In this document: positions 1 to 8,229 of the stretch, one piece after another
How positions within the stretch are numbered: the first letter of the stretch is position 1
Layout: every line of letters starts with the position of its first letter
From: Eubacterium sp.
Lineage (GTDB): Bacteria; Bacillota; Clostridia; Lachnospirales; Lachnospiraceae
NCBI GenBank assembly: GCA_017614395.1
Contig: JAGABX010000039.1
Coordinates: forward strand, 982-64,981
Direction: 5' to 3'
DNA length: 64,000 nucleotides
The notes under the pieces: generated by a model
Database searches by the model: none
Seen by the model: the letters and a program-made list of their open reading frames with translations, nothing else
What the model was told of the DNA's origin: nothing
Program-made: the position numbers and the translations under genes

Positions 1-270
1 ATAGCCGTAGACATGTTCACGGGACGCCCGGAGAATTACTACGATGTTATTCTGATGGACATCCGGATGCCGGTAATGGACGGGCTCGCGGCCACCCGCG
101 CGATCCGTGCGCTGGATCTGCCGGATGCAGGCACAATCCCAATCATAGCAATGTCAGCAAACGCATTTGATGAGGATAAAGAGCAATCAATGCAGGCGGG
201 AATGAACGAACACCTTTCCAAGCCTGTGGACATGAACCAATTGTTTGAGGTGTTGGAGAAGTACATCTAA
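1..270 (+). CDS. C-terminal part of a CheY-like receiver (REC) domain protein, 5'-truncated by the window edge (probably the end of a hybrid sensor kinase)
   Basis: Frame 1 is open from nt 1. It carries the receiver motifs DVILMDIRMPVMDG, IIAMSANAF and LSKPV. Stop at 268-270. Confidence 0.8.
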   Translation: MAVDMFTGRPENYYDVILMDIRMPVMDGLAATRAIRALDLPDAGTIPIIAMSANAFDEDKEQSMQAGMNEHLSKPVDMNQLFEVLEKYI

Positions 271-281
271 ATGGAAAAATC

Positions 282-310
282 TTGCATTTATTGTTATATT
301 TTCGTATAAT
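282..310 (+). promoter_or_regulatory. Sigma-A type promoter for the GGDEF gene
   Basis: TTGCAT (282-287), a 17-nt spacer, then TATAAT (305-310). It lies about 30 nt upstream of the SD/ATG at 343. Confidence 0.5.
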
Positions 311-342
311 AGGGATATGACCTGCGAAAGGGGGCGTTCGGT

Positions 343-2634
343 ATGAGTTCAAAATCAGAGAACACGATGGACGAGATGAGTTCCGGTGCGGTTTACGAAG
401 GTATAGTTAACGCGCTGGCTGAGGACTATTTTGATCTCTACTATGTCAACGTAGAGACCGGTTCATATGTCGAATTCGGCTCCGTCAGTGAAGAAGGACA
501 GACGAAGACAGAGAATCGCGGGGATGATTTTTTTGCACAAAGCAAAGAGCATATGGAAAAATATATATACAAAGAAGACCTGGAAATGGTGAAGAAAGCC
601 ATTGACAGGGAAAAGCTGTTGGAAGGGATCAATAAATACGGCGGTACCTATATGCTTCAGTTCCGCCAGTTAGTAGGCGGCAAACCAATCTATGTCAGTA
701 TGAAGGCGACACGGATCGACGGAGATGACCACCACATAATCATCGGTGTCAGCAATGTGGAGTCCCAGGTCAAGGACCGTAGGGCGGCAGAGCGCGCGTT
801 GGAGGAAAGAGAAACCTATAAACGCCTGGCTGCATTGAACGGAACCCTGCTTGTTCTGTATTATGTGGATCCTGACACCGGTCGGTTCAGGGAATTTAAC
901 GCCTCCTCAGAGTATCGTGAACTCGGGATTGATGTGGAGGGGGCTGACTTTTTCAAAACCACCTACAAAAACAGCGACACAGCCATCTATTCAGAGGATC
1001 ATGACCTGTTTCATGCACAGTTTACCAGGGAAAGAATACTCGAAACCATCGAGCGTGACGGCGTGTTTTTGCTTGATTACCGTATTATGCTGGGGGATCA
1101 TCCGACATATGTGGGACTGAAGGCCGCCATGATCGAGGAAAAAGGAAAAAGAACCCTGATCATAGGCGTGTTTAATGAAGACGTGCAGATCCGTCAGGAG
1201 ATGGAATACGTCCAGAATCTGTCTGATGCGAAGAAAATGGCTTCCATAGATTCTCTTACGGGTATCCGGAACAAGCATGCGTATTCGGAGTGGGAGAAGG
1301 AAACCAATGAAAGAATAGAAAAAGAGGAACAGGAACCATTTGCAGTTGTTGTCTGTGATGTCAACAGTCTGAAGGCGGTAAATGATCTGCATGGCCATAA
1401 GGCAGGTGATGTCTGTATCAAAAATGCCTGTGAAAGAATCTGTGATGTGTTCAATCACAGCCCTGTTTTCAGAATCGGTGGTGATGAGTTTGTGGCTCTT
1501 TTGTTTGATGAGGATTACAGCCGCAGACAGGAACTGGTTGCGCATATCAACGCGATCCCGAGTGATCCGTCGAAAATCCGGATCGGAGAAACCATCTCTG
1601 CCGGGATGGCGGAATTCGTACAAGGTCAGCATACCTCTCTGCTGAGTGTTTTTGAAGAAGCAGACAAAAAAATGTATGAGAGGAAGCAGTATCTGAAATC
1701 AACTGTTTTGAAGGAAACACCCCAGGTCGAAGGGGATCCGGAGCCGGACTACATTTCCGTGATCAATTCCAGGAAACGACTGTTGATCGTTGATGATATG
1801 GAAATAAACCGTGAAATGCTGGCTCATATCCTTCAGGATGACTATGATTTCTATTTTGCGTCTGATGGTTTTGAAGCCCTGGAAATGCTGCGAAGCCATA
1901 AGGATGAGATCGATCTGGTTCTTCTCGATTATTTTATGCCGAATAAAAACGGCCAGGAAGTGATCGCGGAGATGCAGGTGGATGAGGAACTGATGAATAT
2001 TCCGGTGATCATACTGACCGTGGATCCTGAAACGGAACTGGATTGTCTGAAGAGCGGAGCCGTGGATTTTATCCTGAAGCCATACCCGAGTATAGAGATC
2101 GTCAGAGCCCGTGTTGCTAAATCCATTGAGTTATCAGAGAATCGTGAATTGATACGGTTTACGGAGCGTGACAAAAAGACAGGAGTTTTGAACAAGGAAT
2201 ACTTTTTCCGATATATCCAGAGGCTTGACCATTTGTATAAGGACTGCGCTATGGATGCCATGGTATTCGATGTGAACAGGTTCCATTCGATCAACAAACA
2301 ATACGGACGGCAATTTGGTGATCTGGTGCTACGGAGTATCGGTACCAGTCTCCGGAATCTCGCCCGTAAAACCGGCGGAATCTGTTGTCGTGAGGGAGGG
2401 GATACCTTTTTCCTGTATGGCCCGCATATGGACGATTATGAACAGCTGATCTGTGAGTTTTTGTCGGAGGTTGTCGCCGGAAAAGGCTTTGAGGACATGG
2501 TTAACCTGAGAGTCGGCGTGTATACCGAAGCCGAACAGGAGCCCGATACAGAGGAAAGATTTGCCAAGGCAAAGATCGCGGCAGAACGCGTGAGAGATGA
2601 CTCGGAAGAGGTATGTGGCGTATATGATCTGTGA
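343..2634 (+). CDS. Multidomain signalling protein: N-terminal sensory (PAS-like) repeats, GGDEF diguanylate cyclase, REC receiver, then a second degenerate GGDEF domain
   Basis: The first GGDEF domain has RIGGDEF preceded by DSLTGIRNKHAY. The REC domain has LLIVDDMEINRE...LVLLDYFMPNKNG...LKPY. The second GGDEF-like domain has DKKTGVLNKEYF ... CREGGDTFFLY (GGDTF instead of GGDEF). Confidence 0.85.
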   Translation: MSSKSENTMDEMSSGAVYEGIVNALAEDYFDLYYVNVETGSYVEFGSVSEEGQTKTENRGDDFFAQSKEHMEKYIYKEDLEMVKKAIDREKLLEGINKYGGTYMLQFRQLVGGKPIYVSMKATRIDGDDHHIIIGVSNVESQVKDRRAAERALEERETYKRLAALNGTLLVLYYVDPDTGRFREFNASSEYRELGIDVEGADFFKTTYKNSDTAIYSEDHDLFHAQFTRERILETIERDGVFLLDYRIMLGDHPTYVGLKAAMIEEKGKRTLIIGVFNEDVQIRQEMEYVQNLSDAKKMASIDSLTGIRNKHAYSEWEKETNERIEKEEQEPFAVVVCDVNSLKAVNDLHGHKAGDVCIKNACERICDVFNHSPVFRIGGDEFVALLFDEDYSRRQELVAHINAIPSDPSKIRIGETISAGMAEFVQGQHTSLLSVFEEADKKMYERKQYLKSTVLKETPQVEGDPEPDYISVINSRKRLLIVDDMEINREMLAHILQDDYDFYFASDGFEALEMLRSHKDEIDLVLLDYFMPNKNGQEVIAEMQVDEELMNIPVIILTVDPETELDCLKSGAVDFILKPYPSIEIVRARVAKSIELSENRELIRFTERDKKTGVLNKEYFFRYIQRLDHLYKDCAMDAMVFDVNRFHSINKQYGRQFGDLVLRSIGTSLRNLARKTGGICCREGGDTFFLYGPHMDDYEQLICEFLSEVVAGKGFEDMVNLRVGVYTEAEQEPDTEERFAKAKIAAERVRDDSEEVCGVYDL

Positions 2635-2658
2635 CGCGGATACTCCATTTATAATCAT

Positions 2659-5157
2659 CTAAACAAAGCACAGCCCCACGCTATGAACGATAAACGCGAC
2701 TACCCATGCCACACTGCACTGAAACAGCACCATCCACATAGCGGCCTTTGCGCCAGATTCCCGTCGGGCAGCCGCCACCGCCGCTATACATGGCGTGTAG
2801 AGCAGGCAGAAAATCAGAAATGAAATCGCCGATAGGGGACTCAGTGCCTCGTGTAATCCGGCTGTACTGCCGTACAGAACGATCAGCATGGATACGACGC
2901 TTTCCTTTGCGAGAAAACCGGACAATAACGCCGTTACCATCTGCCAGATCCCGAATCCCAGCGGAATGAATAACGGAGCAATAAATCCACCCAGCTTTGC
3001 CAGGATACTGTCTCCGGAGTTTTCAACCATATGGAACGACAGACTGAACGTTTTCAAAAACCACACTATGATCGTTCCGATAAAAATAACCGTAAACGCG
3101 CGTTGTAAAAAGTCCTTCGCTTTGTCCCAGACAAGCAGGAGGACATTTTTTATTCCGGGCAGTCGATAGTTCGGCAGCTCCATTACGAAAGGAACTGCGG
3201 AGCCACGGAATATGGTTTTTTTGGTGACCATCGCAACTAAAACTGCAATGATGATACCGATAACATACATTCCGATCATCACTATTGCGACCTGTCCCGG
3301 GAAAAAGGCAGCGGTGAAAAAGGCATATATAGGCATTTTGGCGCTGCAGCTCATAAACGGGATCAGCATCTGCGTCATGCGTCTGTCACGATCCGACGGC
3401 AGCGTCCTCGTGGACATGATAGCCGGCACGCTGCACCCGAATCCGATCAGCATGGGCACAATACTGCGTCCGGACAGGCCGAGTTTTTGCAGGAGTTTAT
3501 CCATGACAAACGCGACGCGCGCCATGTAGCCGCTGTCCTCTAACATCGATAAAAAGAAATACAGCACGACAATGATCGGAACAAAACTGATCACCGTTCC
3601 GACACCGGTAAAAATACCATCAACCACTAACGACCGGATCGCGGGCGCGACATCGACCTCGGTCAGGAATTCATTCACAACATTCGTCAGTGATGTGATT
3701 CCGCTCTCGAGCAGTCCCTGCAGCCAGCCTCCGATAACATCAAATGTCAGCCAGAAAATCAAAAACATTATACCGATAAATGCCGGTATAGCTGTCCAGC
3801 GACCTGTGAAAAAGCGGTCCATATGCCGGCTTCTGATATGCTCACGGCTTTCACGAGGTTTCACGACGGTTTTCTCGCAGACCCTTCGTATGAACCGGAA
3901 TCTCATGTCGGCCAGGGCAGCACTGCGATCCAAACCCCTCTCCTTTTCCATCTGGGAAACAGCCCTGTGGAGGATTTCATTCTCCATATCATCAAGCTTC
4001 AGAGCCTCCTCGACCAGCGGATCGCCCTCGATTAATTTGCTTGCGGCAAATCGCGGGGGGATGTCGGCTGCCTCCGCGTGATCCTCTATCAGGCTCATTA
4101 CTCCGTGCATGGCTCTGTGGACTGCACCGCCGTGGTCGTCTTTTTCACAAAAATCAGTCCGTCCGGGTTTTTCAGCATATTTCGCGACATGGATCGCGTG
4201 ATCGATCAACTCCTCGATACCACGGTTTTTCGCGGCGGATATAGCAACAACAGGCACCTCCAGCAAACGCTCCATCTCGTTGATATGTATCGTGCCGCCG
4301 TTTCCGGCCATCTCGTCCATCATATTGAGCGCGACAACCATCGGGACACCGAGCTCGAGAAGCTGCATCGTCAGATACATGTTACGCTCGATATTTGTTG
4401 CGTCGATGATGTTTATGATCGCGGTGGGATGCTCCTCTAAAATAAAACGGCGGGAAACAACCTCCTCGTTCGTGTATGGGGAGAGTGAGTAGATGCCGGG
4501 GAGATCTATGACCTCAGTGTCAGGGTATCCCTTGATAGAGCCGCTTTTTCTGTCAACGGTCACACCCGGAAAATTTCCGACATGCTGATTAGATCCCGTG
4601 AGCTGGTTGAAAAGAGTGGTTTTGCCGCAGTTCTGGTTTCCTACCAGCGCGAAGGAAAGCTTGCCCTTGTTCACGAGCCTGTTGCGGTGCTCGCGGATCT
4701 CGTGGCGATGTGTGGCAGTCTCACCGAGTCGCGGGTGCTCGGACTCCTTTTTCAGGTGTTTTTTTTCATTTGTATTGTCAGATTTGTGTGATTTTCCGGA
4801 TTTATTTGATTTGATGTTTTTCTCTCCGGTATTATTTGTTGATGAGACAAATTCAGAGTCTTTTTTATCAGAAAAAGGATTACTGTCAGCAGTATTTCCA
4901 TCCGCTGCCGTGTTACCGGAATTTTCCGTCGGATGAATATCGGCTACAGTTATGTTTTTTGCGTCATCAAGCCGTATGGTCAGCGTATATCCCGAAATCA
5001 TCAGCTCCATCGGATCACCCATCGGAGCGTACTTTATCAGCGACACCTCCTCGCCCGGGATGATCCCCATGTCGAGAAAATGCTGTCTGAGAGCGCCGTC
5101 ACCACCGACCTCCGTGACTGTGGCGCTCTGACCGGGTTGTAATTGCTGCAGGTTCAT
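2659..5157 (-). CDS. feoB: Fused FeoA-FeoB ferrous iron transporter
   Basis: The N-terminal ~75 aa form a FeoA-like SH3 domain (GQSATVTEV...LDMGIIPGEEV). A long hydrophilic linker follows, then the FeoB G-domain (ALVGNQNCGKTTLFNQLTG, DLPGIYSL) and a polytopic membrane domain. GGAGAGGAG Shine-Dalgarno site upstream. Confidence 0.9.
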   Translation of the reverse strand: MNLQQLQPGQSATVTEVGGDGALRQHFLDMGIIPGEEVSLIKYAPMGDPMELMISGYTLTIRLDDAKNITVADIHPTENSGNTAADGNTADSNPFSDKKDSEFVSSTNNTGEKNIKSNKSGKSHKSDNTNEKKHLKKESEHPRLGETATHRHEIREHRNRLVNKGKLSFALVGNQNCGKTTLFNQLTGSNQHVGNFPGVTVDRKSGSIKGYPDTEVIDLPGIYSLSPYTNEEVVSRRFILEEHPTAIINIIDATNIERNMYLTMQLLELGVPMVVALNMMDEMAGNGGTIHINEMERLLEVPVVAISAAKNRGIEELIDHAIHVAKYAEKPGRTDFCEKDDHGGAVHRAMHGVMSLIEDHAEAADIPPRFAASKLIEGDPLVEEALKLDDMENEILHRAVSQMEKERGLDRSAALADMRFRFIRRVCEKTVVKPRESREHIRSRHMDRFFTGRWTAIPAFIGIMFLIFWLTFDVIGGWLQGLLESGITSLTNVVNEFLTEVDVAPAIRSLVVDGIFTGVGTVISFVPIIVVLYFFLSMLEDSGYMARVAFVMDKLLQKLGLSGRSIVPMLIGFGCSVPAIMSTRTLPSDRDRRMTQMLIPFMSCSAKMPIYAFFTAAFFPGQVAIVMIGMYVIGIIIAVLVAMVTKKTIFRGSAVPFVMELPNYRLPGIKNVLLLVWDKAKDFLQRAFTVIFIGTIIVWFLKTFSLSFHMVENSGDSILAKLGGFIAPLFIPLGFGIWQMVTALLSGFLAKESVVSMLIVLYGSTAGLHEALSPLSAISFLIFCLLYTPCIAAVAAARRESGAKAAMWMVLFQCSVAWVVAFIVHSVGLCFV

Positions 5158-5242
5158 GGTTATAGCCGCTCCTCTCCGGTTACATAATGCTTACAGGAAA
5201 CGAATCAATCGCTTGCGTTTACAATAATAATGCCGGATCCGT

Positions 5243-6475
5243 CTATCGTACGTCTGAATTATACACTACTTGATGATAAAAGTCAAAAGGAGAAATGGCC
5301 TCATAGATGTCCTCTTCCCGCGGCGGGCAGCCGGGCACATATGTATCGAATTCACGACAGCAGTTACCGATGCCGAACGTGCCGGTTTTCCCACGGTGTC
5401 CCTGACCGATGGCAATTTTTCCGGTTTGTCTGCGCGTGGTTGTCATATGTCCGTTCGGCGTGTTTGGGGAATCCTGTCCGGGGACAATGCCATTTTTGCG
5501 CTCATCCCATACCCCTTCGTCCCGCAGGCGATTCACCGCACCGACAAATGCGGCAAAGCATGCGCTGCATGAATCGACTTCATCAACAGCAACGGACACA
5601 TCCAAGGCGTTTTCAGATTTCAGATCATATGCGTACGGATCGGGATCGTTCCCTGCGAATTGCTTCAGGACTTCTCCATGTTCATTTATTACACTGATAG
5701 TGCAGCATGAAAGATCGCTGCTGCCCGAGCCTAACGCCTCCGCCATTCCGATATAGGGAACCTCATCAATTCTTCGCCCTAAAATCTTACATGCGTAGCT
5801 GTCAATGAGCACCGGATCTGCCGCGACCATCACGCAGTCGGTCTTTACAGGGTTGCCGCCTTCCTCAAAACTCGGATCGCCGCAGATGTGGTCAACCACG
5901 ATAAAGTCCTGTCGGATTCCTAATGACAGGTATGCGATTGGTTTGTGGAGGCCCATGGTATGGAAACGTCTCTTCTCTGAATTCGGAATCAGTCCCTTCA
6001 TGTTTTTCAGTGCACAGGTCATCCGTGTCTGGCAGTGCCCCTTCAGGACGGGGACATTTATTAAAAAGTCAATCCTGTCCACAACATCACAAATATTTAA
6101 CTCCATGCCGGCTAAATCCACGGCGTGGGCTTTTTCTTTTTGAGTATCGATAAAAGGTACATCATATTTCTCGCAGACAGAACGGTAACCGCAGTACTCA
6201 TAGGCCTCTGACGTGCGGTCGCCGACCCAGGAGCCCTCGGTTATGATGATATTTTTGAATCCATGCTCCTGCAGATATGACACGATCCCCTCGACGATCT
6301 CCGGATGCGTCGTAGCTCCGTAGGACGCCGGCGTGGGCGTGACGAGGTTGGGCTTGATGCCAATGCGTTTGTTCGTGTCGCCGATCAATGCAGCGAGTCC
6401 GGCGTATTTTAGCAGCGATATCGTCATCTCCATCGGATCGCTACCATAGCGTTTGATGATTTCGTTAGGGTTCAT
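5243..6475 (-). CDS. DUF362-family protein with a Cys-rich C-terminal extension
   Basis: IGIKPNLV, ATTHPEIVEGIV and VPVLKGHCQTRMTCALKNMKG match the DUF362 pattern. The track ORF starts at a GTG (6484). The ATG at 6475 (MNPNE) sits 5-6 nt after AGGTGA and is preferred. Confidence 0.7.
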   Translation of the reverse strand: MNPNEIIKRYGSDPMEMTISLLKYAGLAALIGDTNKRIGIKPNLVTPTPASYGATTHPEIVEGIVSYLQEHGFKNIIITEGSWVGDRTSEAYEYCGYRSVCEKYDVPFIDTQKEKAHAVDLAGMELNICDVVDRIDFLINVPVLKGHCQTRMTCALKNMKGLIPNSEKRRFHTMGLHKPIAYLSLGIRQDFIVVDHICGDPSFEEGGNPVKTDCVMVAADPVLIDSYACKILGRRIDEVPYIGMAEALGSGSSDLSCCTISVINEHGEVLKQFAGNDPDPYAYDLKSENALDVSVAVDEVDSCSACFAAFVGAVNRLRDEGVWDERKNGIVPGQDSPNTPNGHMTTTRRQTGKIAIGQGHRGKTGTFGIGNCCREFDTYVPGCPPREEDIYEAISPFDFYHQVVYNSDVR

Positions 6476-6582
6476 TATGCTCACCTGTTTTACTGTTTGT
6501 ATTCAATCGTCTGATTTCCTTCACTGAAATGGTACACTATTGTGACAGCCAGTTTATCCTATTATATCTGACAACAGAACTC

Positions 6583-6611
6583 TTGACAAGCCTGTATTTG
6601 AACGCTACAAT
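6583..6611 (+). promoter_or_regulatory. Sigma-A type promoter for prmA
   Basis: TTGACA (6583-6588), a 17-nt spacer, then TACAAT (6606-6611). Confidence 0.45.
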
Positions 6612-6706
6612 AAAAAATGATATTTTTTTGGAGCCTATTTGACGTACATATCCGAGTCAGACAAAAACAGCGCAGAACATGTAATTTACAGAGGAGGGAA
6701 GACGCC

Positions 6707-7888
6707 ATGAAATGGACCCGCTTCACAATTCATACGACGGTGGATGCCGTTGATATACTGAGTTATGAATTAGATGCCATCGGTGTTGAGGGCATAGAAA
6801 TCGAGGACCACATACCGTTGAGTGAGGAGGACAAACAGAAGATGTTTGTCGACATCCTGCCGGAGCCGGAGGTAGTGGATGATGTCGCGAGAGTTTCGTT
6901 TTATCTGGAAGCGTCGGATATAGAGGATTTGCCGGATATTAATTCAGAGTCGGATTCTGTACTGAGCAGACCTGATAAAAGCTCAAGCATGGAGCAACCG
7001 GTCGATAATGCTACTGAAAACAATCTGTCAGGAAAATCCGTTCAGGAGATTTTGCAGCAGGTACAGGAAATCCTCGCGGATATAGGCACCTACACGGACA
7101 TCGGTGAGGGACGCGTGACGGTCTCAACAACAGAGGACAAGGATTGGATCAATAACTGGAAACAGTATTTCAAACCGTTCCGCGCGTCGGATCGGATCGA
7201 AATATTCCCGAGGTGGATGGATGCTCCGGAACGAGCCGAGCCCCCTCACATCCTCCGCATCGACCCGGGCATAGCGTTCGGAACCGGATCCCATGAGACG
7301 ACGAAGCTCTGCATCAGGGCAATAGACAGATCTATAAATAATGGGGACAGAGTACTTGACATCGGTACCGGCAGCGGGATACTCTCGATCGTTTCACTCC
7401 TGCTTGGAGCCTCGCACGCGACGGCAATAGATATCGATGAGATTGCTGTTAAAGTTGCAAAGGAGAATTTTGACGCTAATAATATAGATCCGAATAAATA
7501 TGAATTATTAGCGGGAAATCTGCTTGGGGATGCCGCGTTTGTTAATTTGATATATACTAAGTCGCGGAACGGAGCGGCGGTTGAACAGATGCCACAGAAC
7601 GCAGAAGCTGCTGCCGGGCAAACAGACGAAGAGACAAATAGTATTCCGGAAACCACTCACCCAGGTTACGACCTCGTCATCGCTAATATCCTGCCCGATG
7701 TCATAGTACCGTTGACCGCGATCGTCCCGCGCTTTTTAAAAAAGGATGGGCTCTACATCACATCCGGGATCCTCGCGACGAGAGAGAAGGAGGTTCGGGA
7801 TGCCATGACAGAGGCCGGCTTTACTGATATTGAAACGACGCCGATGGGCGAGTGGGTCAGTTTGACGGGAAGGTTCCGGCGAACTTGA
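6707..7888 (+). CDS. prmA: Ribosomal protein L11 methyltransferase with two hydrophilic insertions
   Basis: MKWTRFTIHT...DAVDILSYEL..GVEGIEIED, the SAM motif VLDIGTGSGILSI, and ANIL. The ATG at 6707 is preceded by GAGGAGGG. The upstream part of the track ORF (6617-) is not needed. Confidence 0.85.
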   Translation: MKWTRFTIHTTVDAVDILSYELDAIGVEGIEIEDHIPLSEEDKQKMFVDILPEPEVVDDVARVSFYLEASDIEDLPDINSESDSVLSRPDKSSSMEQPVDNATENNLSGKSVQEILQQVQEILADIGTYTDIGEGRVTVSTTEDKDWINNWKQYFKPFRASDRIEIFPRWMDAPERAEPPHILRIDPGIAFGTGSHETTKLCIRAIDRSINNGDRVLDIGTGSGILSIVSLLLGASHATAIDIDEIAVKVAKENFDANNIDPNKYELLAGNLLGDAAFVNLIYTKSRNGAAVEQMPQNAEAAAGQTDEETNSIPETTHPGYDLVIANILPDVIVPLTAIVPRFLKKDGLYITSGILATREKEVRDAMTEAGFTDIETTPMGEWVSLTGRFRRT

Positions 7889-7976
7889 TCAGTATATATG
7901 TGTCAGGAACTATCGTTTCGGGGAAAAGCTTATGGCATAAAAAGCACGGAAAGCACGGATAAAAAGCAAAAAAACC

Positions 7977-8005
7977 TTGCCAAATAACGCAATTAGGTAT
8001 AAAAT
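7977..8005 (+). promoter_or_regulatory. Sigma-A type promoter for the ilvBN leader
   Basis: TTGCCA (7977-7982), a 17-nt spacer, then TAAAAT (8000-8005). The predicted transcript includes the repeat element at 8031-8144. Confidence 0.4.
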
Positions 8006-8030
8006 ATAGGAGATATTGCTGTCAGGCGGG

Positions 8031-8144
8031 GAGCGGAAACCGTCCGAAGTTGCGACAGCGAAGCGAAGCAGCGAGGTTACGGTTCTCGATACAACAGTCC
8101 ACCGGACTGTTGTCCTGAGGGCTATGGCCTCGGCAACCGGACGG
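8031..8144 (+). repeat. Composite intergenic repeat, copy A (modules 1+2+3), in the ilvB 5' leader
   Basis: 8031-8084 is 54/54 identical to the reverse complement of 43065-43118. 8083-8144 is about 80% identical to 38882-38945. It contains a perfect 10-bp hairpin ACAACAGTCC-acc-GGACTGTTGT (8091-8113). Confidence 0.85.
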
Positions 8145-8229
8145 GATCAGTCAGATAATCATACAAGTTTAGAGGAGAGTAAATACTCGGAAAAATCGAT
8201 AAAACTATTTTCGGAAGAAGGAAATAAAA

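Noticed and set aside
991-1632. 213-aa minus-strand ORF inside the GGDEF gene
   Set aside because: It is entirely antisense to a well-supported multidomain CDS. It has no recognisable motifs and no Shine-Dalgarno site. It is a typical shadow ORF.
7889-8229. T-box or amino-acid attenuator leader for ilvBN
   Set aside because: There is no T-box consensus (AGGGTGGNACCGCG-like). There is no Leu/Val/Ile-rich leader peptide and no terminator with a U-tract. The structure present is better explained by the repeat family.
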